Below, in pieces: positions 1-13,211 of a DNA stretch of 64,000 nt (its first letter is position 1; each line of letters begins with the position of its first letter). The DNA is from Octopus vulgaris (Eukaryota), in contig OX597819.1 in the NCBI GenBank assembly GCA_951406725.2, positions 54,994,001 to 55,058,000 on the forward strand, given 5' to 3'. The notes beneath the pieces are model-generated. The model worked only from the letters and a program-made list of their open reading frames with translations, searched no databases and was not told the DNA's origin. A program made the translations under genes and the position numbers.

Positions 1-1000
1 TTGCAAAACAGGAGGAAAGAACGTTTGTAAAACACCATTCAGTGAAAGGTGAGAATTGACCTACAAAAAGTTAAGCATAAGTGGTGTGGAGTATGTGCTT
101 GATGGATTGTGTTATATGAGTTGTGACTCTGCAGTGTATGTGCCGTGTGGTTTGTCTCATTTTACTGGAAAATGATTGTGTAAAGTCTATATCGTGTAGA
201 GTGTGCATTGTGTGGCTCGCATTATTATTGACACGAAAGTTTCTTAAAAAGGATGTGGGGTGCATAAATCAATATAAACTATATCATGTATGCCTTTTAT
301 GTTTGTGTGTTCACTCGTCTTTTTTAACTCTTTGTACTCCAGTTATTATTGCTCCTGTATTTACTTTTATGTCTCACGTTCAACTGAGTTTCACTGTCCT
401 TGTATTTTAACAATCTTTCGGTTTGCCTCTGAGCGATGATATCGTCATCTTTCCTTGATAATTCGAGAAGATAAGGAGATATCGTTCAACTTACAAACAA
501 TTTTGTTGTTGTCTTTGACAATCATATCTAAACACCTTGGCTTGGTCTCCTTGCCCTTCTGTGCCGACATATTAAAACGTTTAAGGCCCGCTGTTTGTCA
601 TGTAGCGTATTTGGTATATATTTACAACACTTACCCATTTTCGCGTCGAAGTATCGGCATATTGCTCAATGGCCATAGCTGTCAACCTCGAGATCTCTGC
701 GTATCTAATTAGACTTTTCAAGGACTTGACACGCAGAAATGATGTGCTCAGTTTTCTGATTTTACTGACTGCATAGACTGAATCGTTTGCTTCTTTCTTC
801 TTTTTTTCATTACTTTCTTCATATTTGGATCATACAGTAACTAAAATTAAACCAAGAGAGAGATCAATATTCAACTTCCTAATGATACCTGTGGGGCAGC
901 TGATGATGGAGGTATGTTGGATCGTTAGCATGGCTGTGGAATAGTAGTATAACACATCATTCTGTATGTATGTATGTATGTATGTATGTATGTATGTATG

Positions 1001-1045
<45 letters not shown>

Positions 1046-1144
1046 GGCGTAAGTCAAGAAACGATGATGAGTGGAAGTTTTGTAAATCTTACACTATTTT
1101 CTATGACCCTATTATACCCCAAAAACTTAGTTATATTTAATATA

Positions 1145-1215
<71 letters not shown>

Positions 1216-1318
1216 CTAGGGAATATGATTCCAAACTTACAGGGAAAAATTCAATTTAGTAGTTCTTCTCTAATTTATACACACACACACACACACGCAC
1301 ATATATATATATATATAC

Positions 1319-1646
1319 AACAAATCGACTCCAGGACTTATTCTTTGTAAGCCTAGTACTTATTCTATCGGTTTTATTTGCCGAACCGCTCAGTTACGTG
1401 GACGTAAATACACCAGCATCGGTTGTCAAGCGATGTTGGGGGGGGGGACAAACACAGACACGCAAACACACACATGCACGCGCGCGCGCACACACACACA
1501 CATATAAACGATGGGCTTCGTTCAGTTTCCATCAACCAAATCCCCTCACAAGGCATAGTCGGCCCGAGGCTATAGTAAAAGACAGTTGTCAAGGTGCCAC
1601 CATATGGTTGGTAACCAAGTGACTTACCACACAGCCACTCCTGCGC
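1319..1646 (-). mobile_element. tRNA-derived SINE, family A, partial
   Basis: Matches the family A consensus seen about 20 times here: tRNA-like head GGCGCAGGAGTGGCTGTGTGGTAAG...GGGTTCAGTCCC, CCTTGGGCAAGT, internal (CA/TA)n, and a hairpin tail CAGTCAAATGACTG. Confidence 0.9.
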
Positions 1647-1660
1647 TCCCAACATATATA

Positions 1661-1870
1661 TTGGGTCATCCCATAAATAATGCGGTTTTTTAATACTTCT
1701 TTTTATTTTTCAAAATTAAGATAAAAAAAATTCTTTCTTAATTCTAAATAACCTCTCCTTTTAATCTAAAATACACTCTGCTTTTATAGCAAGTTGATGC
1801 AGGTAGTTTTTAACCCGTACCCCTTCCGACTTTAATAATAAAAAAACCCGCACTATTTGCGGGACGACCA
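1661..1870. mobile_element. Tc1/mariner-type MITE
   Basis: Imperfect ~30-bp TIRs (TTGGGTCATCCCATAAATAATGCGGTTTTT / AAAAACCCGCACTATTTGCGGGACGACC), flanked by TA. Confidence 0.75.
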
Positions 1871-1895
1871 TATATATATATATATATATATATAT

Positions 1896-2057
1896 TGATA
1901 GAAATGGCAAGACAAGAAAAGAATGAAAGAGACATCGATATTATGCAAATAGATGCGACAATTATTCGGTAGCCATGATAATTACTCCATGAGTTTCCGC
2001 CCCAACATCCGAAACTCAGAGTTTTATCATGGCTACCGATTAATTGTTACATATTAT

Positions 2058-2062
<5 letters not shown>
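1896..2062. mobile_element. Inverted fragments of hammerhead-bearing repeat family H1
   Basis: 1896-1999 is the reverse complement of, and 2006-2062 a direct match to, the 2608-2760 sequence; flanked by (TA)n and (CA)n. Confidence 0.7.
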
Positions 2063-2093
<31 letters not shown>

Positions 2094-2536
2094 TGGCGAT
2101 CGTATCTCGCCAACATCTGTATTTGTCCCCTCTACCGAAAAGGTAATTATTTCTACGCCAGCTGCTATGTTGTTGTTGTTTTTGTCTCATTTGGTCTAAA
2201 GTCGTATGACAACCACCGTTATATTATATTTTGTTTAACCGTTACCGTTTTCAATTTCGTTTTCGTCTCTCGTATTTACATCCGTCTCGTGCGTTCACAT
2301 TCCTGTCTTCTACCAAGAAATCTAATGCTTACAGCTTAGTTTTTTTTCTTGGGGCTGGCCGAGTTGGAGCACATATCAGAATTGAACAGCCGAAATTTGC
2401 TATGATGATTCGGTGTCTGACTGAAGATTGAAGGCTTCGAATGATTTGTCTGTGTTCCGTGTTTGTCCCTTCCTGTATTTCACGTTCTTTATATATAAAA
2501 TATTTATCCCTATATATATATATATATATATATATA

Positions 2537-2760
2537 GGGTCATTTTTCATAGCGTTTTTCCGATGGCCGGATAACTGAAGAGATGGCGGCGTGGATTTCC
2601 ACCTCGGCATCCGAAACTCGAAGTTAATTTATTATGGCTACCGAATAATTATCACATATTACATTTACAGATAATTTCCTCTATTTATATAATATCGAGG
2701 TCTCTTTTAATATAATATCGAGGTCTCTTTTTTTCTTTTGTTATCTTATCATTTTTATCA
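2537..2760 (+). mobile_element. Penelope-like/retrozyme repeat H1 with a type I hammerhead motif
   Basis: GATAA-CTGAAGA(2575-2581), long stem II GATGGCGGCGTGGA/TCCACCTCGGCATC, GAAA(2613-2616), then CTCGAAGTT; lies between (TA)n tracts. Confidence 0.7.
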
Positions 2761-2771
2761 ATATATATATT

Positions 2772-3097
2772 AAGGACCCCCTTCGGTCATGAATGACCAT
2801 GGGATTGCACCTAGAAAGTTACCCTCCTAGACACAAGTCCGGGCAAGGTGTTTATGGAAGACCAGCAGTCGCCCATGCATACCAGCCTCCCCTCTCCACG
2901 CCACCAGTGTTATCCAAGGGAAAGACAAAGGTCGATACAGCTTGGCACCTGTGACGTCGCAACTCATTTCTACAGCTGAGTGAACTGGAGCAACGTGAAA
3001 TAAAGTGCCTTGCTCATGAACACAACACGCAGCCCGGTCCGGGATTCGAGCTCACAACCTCACGATCGTAAGCTCGACGCTCTAACCACTGAGCCAT
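2772..3097 (-). mobile_element. tRNA(Arg)-like SINE with a CORE-like central domain and an RTE-like tail (family C)
   Basis: Reverse complement reads ATGGCTCAGTGGTTAGAGCG...CTCGAATCCC (A/B boxes, ACG loop), then GAGCAAGGCACTT...CCAGTTCACTCAGCTG. Confidence 0.8.
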
Positions 3098-3100
3098 ATA

Positions 3101-3472
3101 TCTCTCTATATATAAACGGCAGTTTGTCTGTGTGTGTTTCTGTGTGTCTGTTTGCTTGTACCCTCACCCTGACCACGGCTTTCAACCAATTCTGATGAAA
3201 CTTGACACACACATAGCCCAATGTCATAATTCAAAACTAACGCAGCGAAAATTTTGAAAAGTTCCCCCAGTTCTGAAAACAATCGATAAATTCGACATGG
3301 GGTCGAGAATCAGAAACACAAACCACAGACTGTCTAGGAGACGCACATCGACCTTTTTAACTAAAAAAAAAATTTACCATCATTTTTTCCCAATTTTTTG
3401 GCTATAACTATCTAAAAATGCTTTATAGTTATTTCCCTTACAAACCCGAGCAACGCCGGGCGATACTGCTAG
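3101..3472 (+). mobile_element. Non-autonomous Helitron
   Basis: A|TC 5' end, subterminal hairpin CCCGAGCAACGCCGGG, CTAG|T 3' end, no TSD. Confidence 0.85.
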
Positions 3473-3720
3473 TGTATATATATATGTATGTATGACAGGA
3501 TGGAAGACGCATCTTTTTCTCATACGCAATAATGTGAGAATGCAACAATGCCTGACGTAAAGGAGCGCAAGGCTGTCAGTCCCAAAACCACTCGCCAACA
3601 GCATACTTCCTCTTGTTGACACCCATCCGTCTAACAGCTTTAAAGATCAGCAGACTTAAGCTGATTAAACTGGAAATGTATTAAAGGAGACTTCTCTTTC
3701 ATTATTTCTGCGCTGTAATT

Positions 3721-3792
<72 letters not shown>

Positions 3793-3888
3793 TCTGTCTG
3801 TCTCTCTCTGTATTGGTATATCTGTCTGTGTCTGTTACTGCACTCTCACTATCTTTTTGTTTCTCTTTTTTTCTTTTTATTTATCACA

Positions 3889-3944
<56 letters not shown>

Positions 3945-4517
3945 AATACACGCGCACGCACACAAACAAACATGTGCATGCATATATATATATATATTCA
4001 AGTGTGTGCTTGTGTGCATATTGCATGTGTGTCGGCGGTGTTTCAAAGTTTTAACGTAAAAGTACATAGCCATAGCCACACATCATTCATACACGCACGC
4101 ACGCACTCACGAACGCACATATACGCACATGTATGAATGTGTGTGTGTGTGTGTGTGTGCGTGTGTGCGTGTGTACAAATATGCGTGCATATGTATTGTA
4201 TGTGCTCGTGTGTGTGTGCGTAAGGGTGTAAGTATGTTGTGCGCATGCGTGTGAGTATGTAGACAGACACTGTCACACTTTTTAATATACTGGAGATTAA
4301 TAGTCTCTCTCTCTGTCACTAGACATTGAAAAAATATCTCATAAAATCTGTCGACATTGGCCCCAATGTTACCCCTCATTCCAAGTTTATCAGGGGAGAG
4401 GGAAAGTGAAGTACGTTTAAATACATTGACGCCTTTCATAATAATGTCAACAGAAATCTCTCACGGGGAAGCGAACATTACATACATGCATATATATATA
4501 TACATACACACATATTT

Positions 4518-5190
4518 GTATGTATGTATGTATGTATGTATGTATGTATGTATGTATGTATGTATGTATGTATGTATGTATGTATGTATGTATGTATGTA
4601 TGTATGTATGTATGTACATATGTATGTACGTATGTATGTATGTATGTATGTATGTATGTATGTATGTATGTATGTACGTGTGTATGTATGTATGTATGTA
4701 TGTATGTATGTATGTATGTATGTATGTATGTATGTATGTGTGTATGTATGTACGTACGTATGTATGTATGTATGTATGTATGTATGTATGTATGTATGTA
4801 TGTATGTATGTATGTATGTGTGCATGTATGTATGTATGTATGTGTGCATGTATGTATGTACGTATGTATGTACGTATGTACGTATGTATGTATGCATGTA
4901 TATATATATGTAAGTATGTATGTATGTATGTATGTATGTATGTGTGTATGTATGTACGTACGTACGTATGTATGTATGTATGTATGTATGTATGTATGTA
5001 TGTATGTATGTATGTATGTATGTATGTATGTATGTATGTGTGTATGTATGTATGTATGTATGTTTGTATGTATGTATGTATGTATGTATGTATGTATGTA
5101 TGTATGTATGCATGCATGTATGTATGTATGTATGTATGTATGTATGTATGTATGTATGTATGTATGTATGTATGTATGTATGTATGTATG
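4518..5190. repeat. Long (TATG)n microsatellite
   Basis: About 670 bp of GTAT units with occasional variants; source of the MYVC/HTYI pseudo-ORFs. Confidence 0.98.
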
Positions 5191-6319
5191 TGTGTGTGTA
5201 TATATGTGTGTGTACATATATATGTATATGCACACACTCGCACACAAATGAAGATTGGAGTTGTTGGTGTCACATTTATTTGGCAGTTTACAGCTGTTTC
5301 AAAACTGTATGGATGACAAATCAAACAAACTTGAAGAGGAGAGACGAGTGAGTCGAGTAGGCATAGGTGAAGGTAGCACGAAATCAGTTCGTTCCAATGA
5401 GAAGAGGCCATCCTAGTAAGGATAGAAAAGTTAGATCAAGGAGACTGTACGCTTCCGGCATAGAGATTGCTCGACTTACTAGCAGCGGAAAAATCTCCCT
5501 GAAAACTCGCTCTACTATCTTTAAAAGTGAGAGAATTATGGGTCTCACATATGTAATGCATTAAGTTGAAAAATTCGATCACGTGATATTATCCATGTAA
5601 TTGATAAACAAAAAATTCTCAAAGAAGTTATGACGATCAAAATAACGATATGTACATATATATTTAACATACTACAGAACACTATAAAGGGGAGGACGTT
5701 CGCTGCGGGCCTCTGAAAGGAAATTTTCTCCTTATAGGGTTCACGTTTAAAGACACATGAAATCGGCTTCCGAATGTCGTCAGTAAATTGCTAGAAACAT
5801 GTTTTGGTGTGACTACTCTTCCTTAGTGACAGATACTGTTTCAGTCATTCATAGCCCACTCGGAATATCTGTTCCGATATATAAACAAGAAAAAATTATA
5901 TTTGCTGATGTGTGCCGAAGCTTTGCCAAGCTATAATTATCTTTTAATAAGCACGCGAAGACGCGACGATCAAAATAGCGATATTTACTTTGTATTTAAC
6001 ACTCTCCGGTTCACCAGAACGTGAAAGACGTTCATCGCAGGATTCTTGTTTCTGAGACTTAGTATGTAAAAACACATTGAGCCGTGCTCTAAATGATGTC
6101 AGTGGATTGTCAGGCACATATTACGCTAGTTCAGTGACAGTGTTTTAGTCAATAACTCCAATATGATGAGCATATGGAAACATTTGGAAAATAAAAACGA
6201 TGCAGATGGGAATGAATCTTACCTTTAAAGCTATTTAATTAAAGTAAACGGCATGTTTTAGCTTTATTGGACCGCCTTTAATACTCACAGGTTTGCAGTT
6301 TTCGTATAGAATATTATTA

Positions 6320-6597
6320 TTATATGTTTGATTTTTACTTTGTATTTGTACAAGTTGACTCCAAGTCTCACCCAGAGACCTCAAGAGACAAGTTAGAAGT
6401 TCAAGTTGGTGTTATGCCCAGGGTGTCATATATTTGGTTTTGCACATAATATTGTTCTTGAGAATGTTTAAGAAAACATAAGAAAATTATAAGTTTGTTT
6501 TAAAATTTGAACTTACATAGACAGTATTTTACGTAGGATATGGGCAGTTCCCATGAGCACTATCTTTTGAATTTCTTCCATTTTGGGGTTTCCTAGT
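6320..6597 (-). mobile_element. R4/Dong-like LINE 3' end
   Basis: Reverse complement encodes GNPKMEEIQKIVLMGTAHILRKILSM*, followed by a 3' UTR ending at ATAATAATAAT. Confidence 0.8.
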
Positions 6598-6874
6598 CCT
6601 AAAGAATATATACTTGCACATAATATAGTCAAATGTATAACAAAGACTATTAAGATAATATTATAAGAACCAATATTTTTAAGCATGATTCATGAAATAT
6701 TTCATTAAAGCAAATGCTAAATAAATACACTTAAATTAGCTTACGTACTCCCAAATGAAACACAAGTGTCTCTTTGAAGAACGAAAGCCATTATTACTCT
6801 TCAAAAAACATTGAATTGCCAAACTAAACAGATTATTACTGACGATTAGAAAAACCTGATTGAAGTGCTTTTCG

Positions 6875-6875
<1 letters not shown>

Positions 6876-6935
<60 letters not shown>

Positions 6936-6982
6936 CAGCAGCAGCAGCAGCAGCTCTTCTTCTTCTTCTTCTTCTTCTTCTT

Positions 6983-7081
<99 letters not shown>

Positions 7082-7092
7082 GTTATTATTAT
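6876..7092. repeat. Compound trinucleotide tract (TAG)n(CAG)n(CTT)n(TAT)n
   Basis: Read directly from the sequence. Confidence 0.97.
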
Positions 7093-8260
7093 TGAGTGGG
7101 AAAGCAGTGCATGCCATCAAAGTGACACTGGGGTAAAATATACGAAGCCCAAAATACCTCTCATAACTACCCATCTGATAAGGGTACACCAGGCACATGC
7201 ATCACAACCATATGTGCGCGACATGGTGATCTCATATCAAGATAAACAGCGCATGCCTTTACAGGTAGGGCCCAGCTAGAATTTTCTTCAGGTCGAGTAG
7301 CTCATCCTGCTTAAAAGGTCCCTGAATAAGGTTTGTTTTAAGGATGATGAACAAAACACCCTTGTTTCCAGAGGTGAATTATTCAAACCCCAAAGAACTA
7401 TCAACACATGGCTATGATGCTCCCCCGCTACTTCTGCTCTTGATCAGGGCACCTATGACAACAAGTATTGTTTTTGTCTTGAGGTTCCACATTTTGCCAA
7501 TTTCTATTTCAAGATTTTTATAATTGCTCAGTTTTTGGTATGTCTTAACAGATACATTTATGTCGATTGGGACAGTCATATCAATGAGGAGGCATGATTT
7601 TTGTCTGCAGTCTTTCAATATTCTGGCCTATTCGCATTTATCTTTCTGTCAGTTTGAACGGTGAAGTTCCAGAGGAGCGAGATGTGATCATTTTCAAGCA
7701 CTGGAGGTGGTTTGTGTTCCCTCCAGTTTTTATCATGGAGCAGGTCCAGGTTTTTGCAAATTACCCAGTGAATATACTGTACTGTTCTATCATGCCTGTT
7801 GAGATACTCTGTAGGCGCAAGAAGACTGCACATGGAGACAACATGATCAATGGTTTCATTTTGTTGTTTACATACACATGTTCGACTACTGCCATTCTTT
7901 AATATGTTGGCCTGGTAGCTCCTTGTAGGTAGGCATTGATCTCGGGCTGCTATGATAAACCCTTCTGTTTCCGATTTTAAGCCAGAAGACACTAATCATT
8001 GATGGGTAAGGGATTTGTCGACATCGGTATTATTAACTATTTTTGGATATTTGCTACTGAGCGGTTTTAATTGCTATTTATCAGTAAGAATATCTAAGGC
8101 AACAGTTTTAGCACGGGTTTTCATACGCTTAGCTTTTTCTGTGCTTGTTTCCAGTATGTTTAATTCTGGGATTTGTTGTATTTGGAATTCACTTAGATAT
8201 TCCTTTGCCTGTTTTGTTACTGAGTTTGATGCTTTCTTGTTTTCATACTTTAAGACAAGT
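7093..8260 (-). mobile_element. R4/Dong-like RLE LINE, 5'-truncated and decayed
   Basis: LKSETEGFIIAARDQ, zinc knuckle C..C....ETIDHVVSMC, RHD, NRP...IDMTVP...K..Y..L endonuclease motifs; frameshifts and stops; 3' end on (AAT)n. Confidence 0.92.
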
Positions 8261-8392
8261 TTCTTCTTCTTCTTCTTCTTCTTCTTCTTCTTCTTCTTCT
8301 TCTTCTTCTTCTTCTTCTTCTTCTTCTTCTTCTTCTTCTTCTTCTTCTTCTTCTTCTTCTTCTTCTTCTTCTTCTTCTTCTTCTTCTTCTTC

Positions 8393-8605
8393 AGTAGTCT
8401 TATTTTTATTACGTGCTTTCACTGCACTACCGAGCGCAGCTCTATGTACCTTGGGTGTGCTGTGATTTGTTGTGGTGCTCTTACTTTCACTGTATTGAAA
8501 GTGTTTTACGTAGGATGTTTGTAGTGCCTAGTAGTGCTATTTTCTGTATGTTGTATATACTTGTAAGTCCTGGTGTATTTGTCTTTTTTTATCATACCTA
8601 ATGCG
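8393..8605 (-). mobile_element. R4/Dong-like LINE 3' end
   Basis: Reverse complement closely matches 47150-47380; ends in (GAA)n. Confidence 0.88.
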
Positions 8606-8657
<52 letters not shown>

Positions 8658-8659
8658 AC

Positions 8660-8990
8660 AATCCTTTCTCCTATAGACGCAAGGCCTGAAATTTTGGGAG
8701 CCAGTCGATTAGATCGATCTCAGCACGCAACTGATACTTATTTTATCGATCCCGAAAGGATGAAAGGCAAAGTCGACATCGCTGGAATTTGAACTCAGAA
8801 CGTAAAGATAGGCAAAATGCCGCTAAGCATTTTCCCCGGCGTGCTTCACGATTCTGCCAGCTCGCCGCCGTAATAATGTTAGCTGGCAGAATCGTTAGCA
8901 CACCGGATAAAATGCTTAGCGACATTTATTCCGATTTTACATTCTGATTTCAAATTCTATTGAGGTCGACTTTGCTTTTCATTCTTCGGA
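8660..8990. mobile_element. Head-to-head pair of family B SINEs (Meta-like domain)
   Basis: Minus copy 8660-8869 and plus partial copy 8880-8990; consensus GGCGAGCTGGCAGAATCGTTAGC...GAGTTCAAATTCC...GAGGTCGACTTTGCCTTTCATCC. Confidence 0.85.
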
Positions 8991-10734
8991 TACGATTATG
9001 CTTCTGGTGTACGCAGATTTCGATACAAATACACCCTCGTGAAACCGTCGTCAGCGGACTACAGAACGAATCATACGAGAAATCTTACAGATTTATAGAC
9101 GTTATTAAAGCAGGATAGAAGAACTGGGATACAAGGAAAACAGGGGAAATATCCCGAATAATTCATATACTGTGTCTCTGCATGCAAATACCTTACAAAA
9201 AAAAAAAAGCGACTACATTGAAGCATTAACTACAGTACGCAGTAAAGATTGATAAGCGTTAGGTTCTAAAACATATTTGATATCTTTATTTCGATTGTTT
9301 CCGTTATATTTCGTGTTTTTTTTTTTCGCCTGTTACATACAGGCGACACGAACGTAAAATATCTGCAGCGAAAGACCCTCTTCAAATTAAATTTAATCAA
9401 CATTTTGCCACAAGGAATATTTTAGACCACCCTCTCTCCATCATTCTGTCTACTTAGACTGACGTTCACCACTTTGGCTATTTATCGATTGGATAACTTT
9501 GAAGTGAATCACCGAATGACTAAAAGTAAAGAAGTCAAAGAATGCTTCAAATATATCGCTGACTTCACATAACTTTCATTACACTCTTGGGGTGATCCTG
9601 AAGTATAGCGTACCGTTTCCCGCCTCCATTTTGCAAAAGTAATTTTCTTTTTCCCAGGGGGAATTTTCCATTAGAAATTTATGAACTTTTGCTGTATTTG
9701 TAAAAATTATGTTCTGTAATTGTTTATGCAATAGATTTATCTTCTCGTTTTGTATCTTCCCAAGACACAACAAGATTTATCTGTTCCATAAAATGAAATT
9801 ACGTTGACTTGCTATATGGCCATGGTGGTAGTCGAGCAAAATTACGTTCTATGATTGTCATGGATGGAATGCATTTCTACCCTTTGACGATCGACCTAGA
9901 GCTAAAAAGAAAGAAAGAAAGAAAAAGGAACTTAAATGTACACGAAGCTTTGCATGATCATTCGACCTGCTAGAAATAACAACAAAAATCTCTCGAACAG
10001 ATACTGAATAATATGAACCTTGATATACTGTATGTATCTGAAAACAAGGCCGCAACAAATGAACAATATTCCTTAGATGAATTTAAAATTATATATAAGG
10101 AACCAAAATTATATTTCTAAAATTCTAACAGCTGTGATTCATTAGAAACTTGAAATGGAAGCTTCACTTAAATTCGCTAAAATGAAAAAAGAAAAAAATC
10201 TACAAGTTCAAACAGCACGCTATAGTCCTAATTCACTCTCTTCTGAAATCTCTGTATGAGCATGCTATTGTCTCGACAGGGCGTCTGTTAAACAATAACT
10301 TCCGAATAGTTATTAACCTGAAGCTCTTTGAACGGTTAACCGGAATGATACGCCGCTCATGATCATATAGTCGAATAATGTTCGTTTGAATCTCACAATC
10401 TCTTGCTACTCTGTTTAAATATCTTTCCATAATACTAATCCACTTTAAATCCAACGCCCTTCAATTACAATTAATTACTTAGCACGCAACTAATTCAACG
10501 TTTATTAGTTAGCTAAATCAGTCTGTTCCTTTTTCTTTTTTTTTTTTCTTTTTTATTTAGTACAATGTCACGTATACTTCTCCATAACTGAATTACTAAT
10601 AGATTAAATACTGTTCAGTAAGTAATCCTCGGTCTTTTTCACTGCGTGGTACATTACAGATTAAACAATATTTAATGGTGCATTTCGCACGGAAAGCTGA
10701 AACAAAAATATTTTAACGAAACAGTCATCTATAT

Positions 10735-11745
10735 AGGCGCAGGTGTAGCTGCGTGGTAAGAAGCTTGCTTCCTAATCACACTGTTCCAGGTTCAGTCCCA
10801 CAGCGTGCCATCTTGGGCAAGCGTCTTTCACTGTAACCTTAGGCCGATCAAAGTCTTGTGAGTGGATTTGGTAGACGGAAGCTGAAAGAAGCCCGTCGTA
10901 TGTGTGTGTGTGTGCGTGCGTATTTATGTATGTCTGTGTTTGTCCCCCATCCCAGTGTGTTTATGTCCCCGTAACAGCGTTTCGGTGAAAGATACCAATA
11001 GAATAAGTACTAGGTTTACAAAGGATAAGTTCTGGGGTCGATTTCTTCGACTAAAACCCTTTAAGGCGTTATGTATTTAATGCAAAATATACACGCGTGT
11101 GTGTGTTTTTGTGTGCGTGCGTATTTATGTGTGTCTGTGTTCATCCCCCACCGCCGCTTGACAACCGGTGTTGGTGTGTTTATGTTTCTGTAACTTAGCG
11201 GTTCGGCAAAAGACACCGATAGAATAACTACCAGGCTTAGTAAAAAAAAAATACTGTGGTTGATTCACTGGGGCTAACCATAGAGGGGACAAACAAGGAC
11301 AGACAAATGGATTAAGTCGATTACATCGACCCCAGTGCGTAACTGGTACTTATTTAATCAACCCCGAAAGGACGAAAGGCAAAGTCGACCTCGGTGGAAT
11401 TTGAACTCAGAACGTATAGACGGATGAGATAACGCAAAGCATTTTGTCCGACGTGCTAACGATACTGCCAGCTCGCCGCCCTAAAAGAATATAAAGCATA
11501 CATAGACGCAGCAGTGGCTGTGTGGTAAGTAGCTTGCTTACCAACCACATGGTTCCGGGTTCAGTCCCACTGCGTGGCACCTTGGGCAAGTTTCTTCTAC
11601 TATAGCCTCGGGCCGACCAAAGCCTTGTGAGTGAATTTGGTAGACGGAAACTGAAAGAATAAGTCCTGCGATCGATTTGCTCGACTAAAGGCGGTGCTCC
11701 AGTATGGCCACAGTCACATGACTGAAACAAGTAAAAAGGTAAAAG
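10735..11745. mobile_element. SINE cluster: family A (+) 10735-11070, A partial 11100-11270, family B (-) 11272-11480, A (+) 11503-11745
   Basis: Match to the in-window consensuses; the B copy carries the L1/Tx1-like tail variant. Confidence 0.85.
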
Positions 11746-12345
11746 AGTAACGAGTAATGTACACATACTGCTGACAGGCCAGTTACTGAAGTATTTGCTG
11801 TAAGATCTGTTATGAACTTAAAATTTAGAAAAATATATAGAAAAACTAATTATTAAATTGTTTTGCTAATGCTTGCGTATCAACGTAGATGTATATGTGT
11901 GGTTAACAAGTTTGCTTCGTTAAAACGTGGTTTTGGTTTCAATCCCACCTCGCAGCGACTTACAAAATTGTATTTTATTATAGTTACCCGGATCTTGTAA
12001 GTGAATTTGGTCGAAAGAGATTTGTGGAAACGCACAATACTGCGATATTTGTTTTAAGAAAGCATCTCAAATCTTTATCCTACTCCTCTCACCCCCGTCC
12101 CGACCCCACAAAGGTATTTGTGACACCCGGGCTCGGTTACTTTATTTTTCTGTATCACTTGACGCGAAGTTTGTCTAAGCATGCTGTTGATAGTAGATAC
12201 TTGTTGCCGATGACGCACAAGTTACGCAGAAATCCCGTGGTACTTCTGTGCTTTTTAACACTTTATACCTATAAGAGATCCCTACTCATGACAAATATTC
12301 CAGTATTACGGCTTTTTTACAGTATATCCTTCGTCAAGTAATATA

Positions 12346-12530
12346 CAGTTGCGGCCAAAATGTTCAGAACGGCATTGTTTTCGTCAGAAAAGTAGGTTTA
12401 AGTTTTTATCAAAGTTGTTTTATATTCTATAATTTTCACAGACAATAAATACAATATTAATTGTTATTGTCTGAGATTTTGGTGTAATTTGAGAGGATAA
12501 TACAAAAGTTATGGATGATTTAGTGATTTA
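12346..12530 (+). mobile_element. Tc1-like transposon end fragment
   Basis: TA|CAGTTGCGGCCAAAATGTT resembles a Tc1 TIR start; no second end found. Confidence 0.45.
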
Positions 12531-13211
12531 CTGTTTGTTCCCTCACCATTGCTCGTTTAACAAACGATGTTGGTGTGTTTACAACCCCGTGACCTAGCGG
12601 TTCAGCAAAAGAGACCAATAGAATAAGTACTAGGCTTACAAAGAATAAGTCCTGGGGTAGATTCGTTCGACTAAAGGCGGTGCTTCAGCACGGCCGCAGT
12701 CAAATGACTGAAACCATTAAAAGATTAAAAGACTAAAAGAATGTATGTGTGTGTGTGTGTGTGTGTGTATGTATAAGTATGTGTGTGAGTGTATCTGTAT
12801 GTGTGTATGTGTGTGTGTATGTATAAGTATGTGTGTGCGTGTATCTGTGTGTGTGTGTGTGTATGTATGTGTGTGTGTGTGTGCATACGTGTGAATGCTA
12901 TGTTGAAACATACAAACGAGATGTTGAGTAATACAAAGGATTATATCGATTTTCTTTTTAATTAAAAAAAAATATATATATATATTTTAAATTTTCAACT
13001 CATTAAATCAACAATTAATTATTTTGTCTTTGCAGAATACGATCCTTTCAGCCCAATTTATTTTCCTAAATACAATTAATTAAATGTAACATAAATTAAA
13101 ATACAACACAAATCTAACTCGTTTAAAACTCTTTATAATAATTATTTCTTCTCTTGTGCTACAATAGGTGAGCGTCTTTCGTTTTATTGATCAAACGGCA
13201 TTAAAAATATC

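Noticed and set aside
3190-3205. CTGATGA motif
   Set aside because: Part of the Helitron interior; no hammerhead stems
4357-5411. Long ORFs of 250-330 aa (also 30139-31190 and many shorter ones)
   Set aside because: Translations of (TATG)n, (TATC)n, (CA)n or trinucleotide repeats that lack stop codons; no protein signal
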